Positions 60,401-64,000 of a stretch of 64,000 bases of DNA are shown one piece after another (within the stretch, counting starts at the first letter, position 1; every line of letters begins with the position of its first letter). Origin of the DNA: Vicugna vicugna (taxonomy: Eukaryota). The DNA is taken from NCBI GenBank assembly GCA_013265495.1, contig MU059781.1, forward strand, positions 2,535,748-2,599,747, given 5' to 3'. Position numbers and translations under genes: made by a program. Below the pieces are notes generated by a model. It ran no database searches. It was not told where the DNA came from and saw only the letters and a program-made list of their open reading frames with translations.

Positions 60401-63386
60401 GGCCCCATCGCTTCCTAGGCACTGATCTTAATGTCCAAATAGACCACAAATTCTTGAAGGACGCAGGCTTAGTTTTTTTGTATTTCCCACAGTACTTGGA
60501 CAACACTGCACACCTGGCAGGAGTTCGAGTATTCAGCATAGGCTGGTTTGTTGTTATAAGGTCCTTGCTTTTTGTACTGTCACCCTGAAGTATCAATTTG
60601 AGCTCAGACACCAATCAATAAACAATTGTCAGTTAACGAAAATAATGGCTTTGGATATTCTGAAATTTTAACCATTTGGGAGTTATGACTATAAATGACA
60701 ACTCTGAGCCTCAGGGAATTTGAACACTCTTCTCCGTAACACTCTCCATGTTTCTAAGAATCAGCCTCCACACAGGTGGGATCTGGCCAAAGCCCCAGAG
60801 CTGCAGCATCTCAGTGGTTTTGACTAACTGTGTTGTTGAATTTGGAAACGTAGCTTTTAACAAACGTATTTTAATGAACTTTGAAGAAATAACCCTTTCA
60901 AGGTAAATTCAGCTAAATTTTCTCCAGAGTCCAAAAGAGAAGTAAAAACAAGCTTAATCAAGCCATCGACCAGTAAGTGGCGGCCCAGAGCGTAAACTGT
61001 ATTTTTTCAGGACTCACACACAGCAAGCAAAATATCCAGGAGCGCCCGGAGCCTTCGCCAAATCACAGACACAGCAGCCCTCGGCAGCCCGCATCCCAGG
61101 GATCGGCTCTGACCAGACTTGATGGTGGACATGTCAGCAAACACGTTTCCACTTGCACACACAGTCTGCTCAGAAGCCACACGCATCCTCTGGAGGCCTT
61201 TCGGTAAGACACGACATGCGCTGAAGGACCTGGCATTTACGCTGAGTTTAGGGAAAGAAGATGTATTTAAAAAAAAAAAAAGATGTATTTATTAGGATTT
61301 CTTACAACACATTGAAATTCTTACGCGTTAGCCCAGGACAGTGTCTTGGTAATTTATGTGAGATTTTCTGCATATTTCAGTGACTGACCTGCAAATTTCT
61401 ATTCTGAGCTCCAACTCCTCTCTTGAACCTCATCCTACGCCTGAAATCCCCTGTCCCTCATCCAGAACTCCCTCCACACTGTAAGGGCTCCTGAAGGCCG
61501 CTGTTTTCTGCTGATGCTCTAGGCGTCAGGGGCATTTTCAGCGACCCCTACTTTTGTGGAATTCTCCACCACTCATGACCCCACTGACTGCATCCACCAG
61601 AAGGGAAATGCTTTATTTAACATAGTAGGTATTAATGTCTGCGGTATGTTTATCTATATCTCCATTGCCATGTTTATTTGTATCTCTGTATTATCTGTAT
61701 TGATCATGAGCTTCTAATTGGCAAGGATCTTGACAGATTCACTCAAACTGAACAACGGGGAAAAACCGTAAAGCAAATGGGGTTTCCACTGTTCCTTGTC
61801 CTTTGTTCCGTGCCTGCTGCTTCCCGGACTTCTAATGCGATAGGACACCCTGACCTCAGGTCACCCACTTCCTCTCCCCACCTCCCCATTTCAAAATCCA
61901 TCTGTCCTTTGCCCAGCACCTTGAAACTCTGCTCTCAGCTAAGTTTTCGAATGAGCTACAGTATAATGAGCATGTCTGACTATTTTTGTCCCATGCAGCG
62001 GACATACAAGTGGGACCCATGGTGGGAATTTGGGGAGGAACAGTCTGACCCTAGGAGCCTCCCAAGCTCTGTCAGTCAGGTAGGTATCCACATGTTTGAA
62101 GAGCTCAGAACCAGCCCTAGAGAAGGCCTGCTGTGACACCCCACAAAAAGCAGAGCTTTAACAGGTGGTGGTAGTAACAGGGCAACGACGACAAGTAGCA
62201 CTGCCTACATGTATGTCTTTCACTGTTGACAGTGCACTTTTACATATGTTATCTTATTTCGATGATGATACTGACACACGTATGTGCGTGAAACTAAAAC
62301 CTTAGCATCCAAGTGGCTCTTTAAATGTGCCCCTCAGCATGTTATCACAGAGGACGATGAAGCTCTTTTTATTTTTAAGGCATTTTTTCACAAATTTGGG
62401 GAAATGACTCTTTTGTCTGTAGCTTCACTCTTCTACATCCTCTGGGTGGGCAAGAAGGGCCTTGAAACCATTCTCATCTTATTTTCTATGGTCTGTCTCT
62501 GTAGTGTGACCATTCCCACACCTTGGAATGCTCGTGGGAGCGAAGGAGAAGCTATTTCTTCCTGCTAAGAAACCTAAAAGCAAGGCAAGCAACATGTCAG
62601 GAAGCAGCGCTCTTCAGCCAAGGAAATGTTCATGACTCTCTGACCCAGAAGTACGTAAAGGGAGACATCCTTCCTCATCCCCTCCCCCACGGCCCACCAC
62701 CCCATCCAGCGTGGGACGAGAGGGGTGACTTCAGGGAGAGGGCAGGAGCTGGGGCCCCAGGAAACTGGGGATGGGTTTCCCCAGGCATCGCCAGCATGTT
62801 AGACCCGCTCCAAGATGTGAGTCTCTGGCCAGGACCTCCACACCCTCACACAAACATAAACACCTCTGGGGTGTGCCTGCAGAAACTCCAGGTGGTAGTG
62901 CAATTCCTGCCTTCTCCCCGAACACGCACATTCGCAACTCCCTGGATTCCAATTAGGAGTAGGAGGCGGAGAGTGGAAAGGCAGGTCAATCAGATACTTA
63001 GAGATGAAACATCCCAGGTGTGAGGCCAGAGGCCAGGTGGCTCTGCATTAAAGAAAGGTGGCAGCTTTTGTTTCTCTAGAAAAATGCAGGAGGGGAGGCC
63101 TGACACCCTCAGATACCTGCGTCTCTACTCTCCTCATCCAAACCAAAAGCTCAGCTCCACAGATCAATCTCTAGGGAAAGAAAAGATTTCACAACATCTC
63201 TAGGATATAGCAAATTCTAACCACTGCTTTCCAAAATCTTACTCTTTGCAAAATAGCCCAGGAGATATAAAGGCCAAGTCAGGTTAGGTTTTATAAGAGA
63301 AGTACTAAAGGGAATGCAAGAATCCTGCACACTTCACCCCCTGCTCATGAAAAGCCCCAGTGCCTGTGCACCTAGTCAGTGCTTTC

Positions 63387-63410
63387 TGGATGGATGGATG
63401 GATGGATGGA
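63387..63410. repeat. (TGGA)6 microsatellite
   Basis: Direct reading. Confidence 0.95.
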
Positions 63411-63428
63411 TAAATCAAAATCTTTATA

Positions 63429-63563
63429 NNNNNNNNNNNNNNNNNNNNNNNNNNNNNNNNNNNNNNNNNNNNNNNNNNNNNNNNNNNNNNNNNNNNNNNN
63501 NNNNNNNNNNNNNNNNNNNNNNNNNNNNNNNNNNNNNNNNNNNNNNNNNNNNNNNNNNNNNNN
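63429..63563. other. Assembly gap (135 N)
   Basis: N run. Confidence 1.
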
Positions 63564-63682
63564 AACTACCTTGTGGTCCAGCAATAATTCCACCTCTGGG
63601 CATTTATCCAAAGGAAATTAAATCATTATCTCAAAAAGGTATCTGCATGCCTATAATCATTGTAGCATTATTTACAATAAAG

Positions 63683-63813
63683 NNNNNNNNNNNNNNNNNN
63701 NNNNNNNNNNNNNNNNNNNNNNNNNNNNNNNNNNNNNNNNNNNNNNNNNNNNNNNNNNNNNNNNNNNNNNNNNNNNNNNNNNNNNNNNNNNNNNNNNNNN
63801 NNNNNNNNNNNNN
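63683..63813. other. Assembly gap (131 N)
   Basis: N run. Confidence 1.
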
Positions 63814-64000
63814 CCCATATGACCTTGTTAATATGTGGAATCTAAAAAAGCACACGCAGAGAAATGAAAAGCAGACTGGTGGTTGCCAGGGGCGGGGGTG
63901 GGAGTGGAGGAAATGGGTGAAGGTTGTCAAAGGGTACAAACTTCCAGTTAAAAGATGAACAGGGCCTGGGGATCTAGTGCACAGCACAGTCACTATAGTT

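Larger units (their letters stand above)
63412..64000 (+). mobile_element. L1 3' end (ORF2 C-terminus and 3' UTR) spanning two gaps, continuing past the window
   Basis: LPCGPAIIPPLGIYPKEIKSLSQKGICMPIIIVALFTIK matches L1 ORF2p LPYDPAIPLLGIYPKE...CTPMFIAALFTIAK; then atgtggaatctaaaaaa...gggtacaaacttccagtta. Confidence 0.9.

Noticed and set aside
112-63993. Six-frame ORF track as protein-coding genes (e.g. 11059-11556, 27872-28402, 55155-55682, 62523-63023, 63314-63958)
   Set aside because: Many use non-ATG starts, overlap repeats or N gaps, and none resembles a host protein family I recognise. The few recognisable motifs are L1, CR1 or MaLR derived.

Overview
Mammalian genomic DNA, most likely a camelid (camel or alpaca). 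This is inferred from two tRNA-Ala-derived Vic-1-like SINEs and camelid/artiodactyl-type L1 3' tails; I saw no Alu, Bov-A/B or PRE1 elements. The window is intergenic or deep-intronic. A large part is decayed interspersed repeat: L1 fragments of several ages, L2, MIR, a CR1/L3 RT fragment, several MaLR MLT1 LTRs plus one MLT1 internal segment, and one ERV solo LTR carrying a CCAAT/octamer array. There are also microsatellites and five N gaps. I recognised no host protein-coding gene. The only ORF-track peptides with identifiable motifs are transposon-derived (CR1 RT, MaLR gag-like ORF, L1 ORF2p C-terminus). I found no convincing novel biological system. The most interesting items are the NF-Y/Oct-loaded solo LTR, an unexplained 60-bp duplication, a few candidate regulatory clusters, weak candidate spliced non-coding exons, and tiny young L1 insertions with target-site duplications (TSDs). 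Repeat family names come from my recollection of consensus sequences, not a database search. Repeat boundaries are approximate (tens of bp) unless a TSD is quoted.
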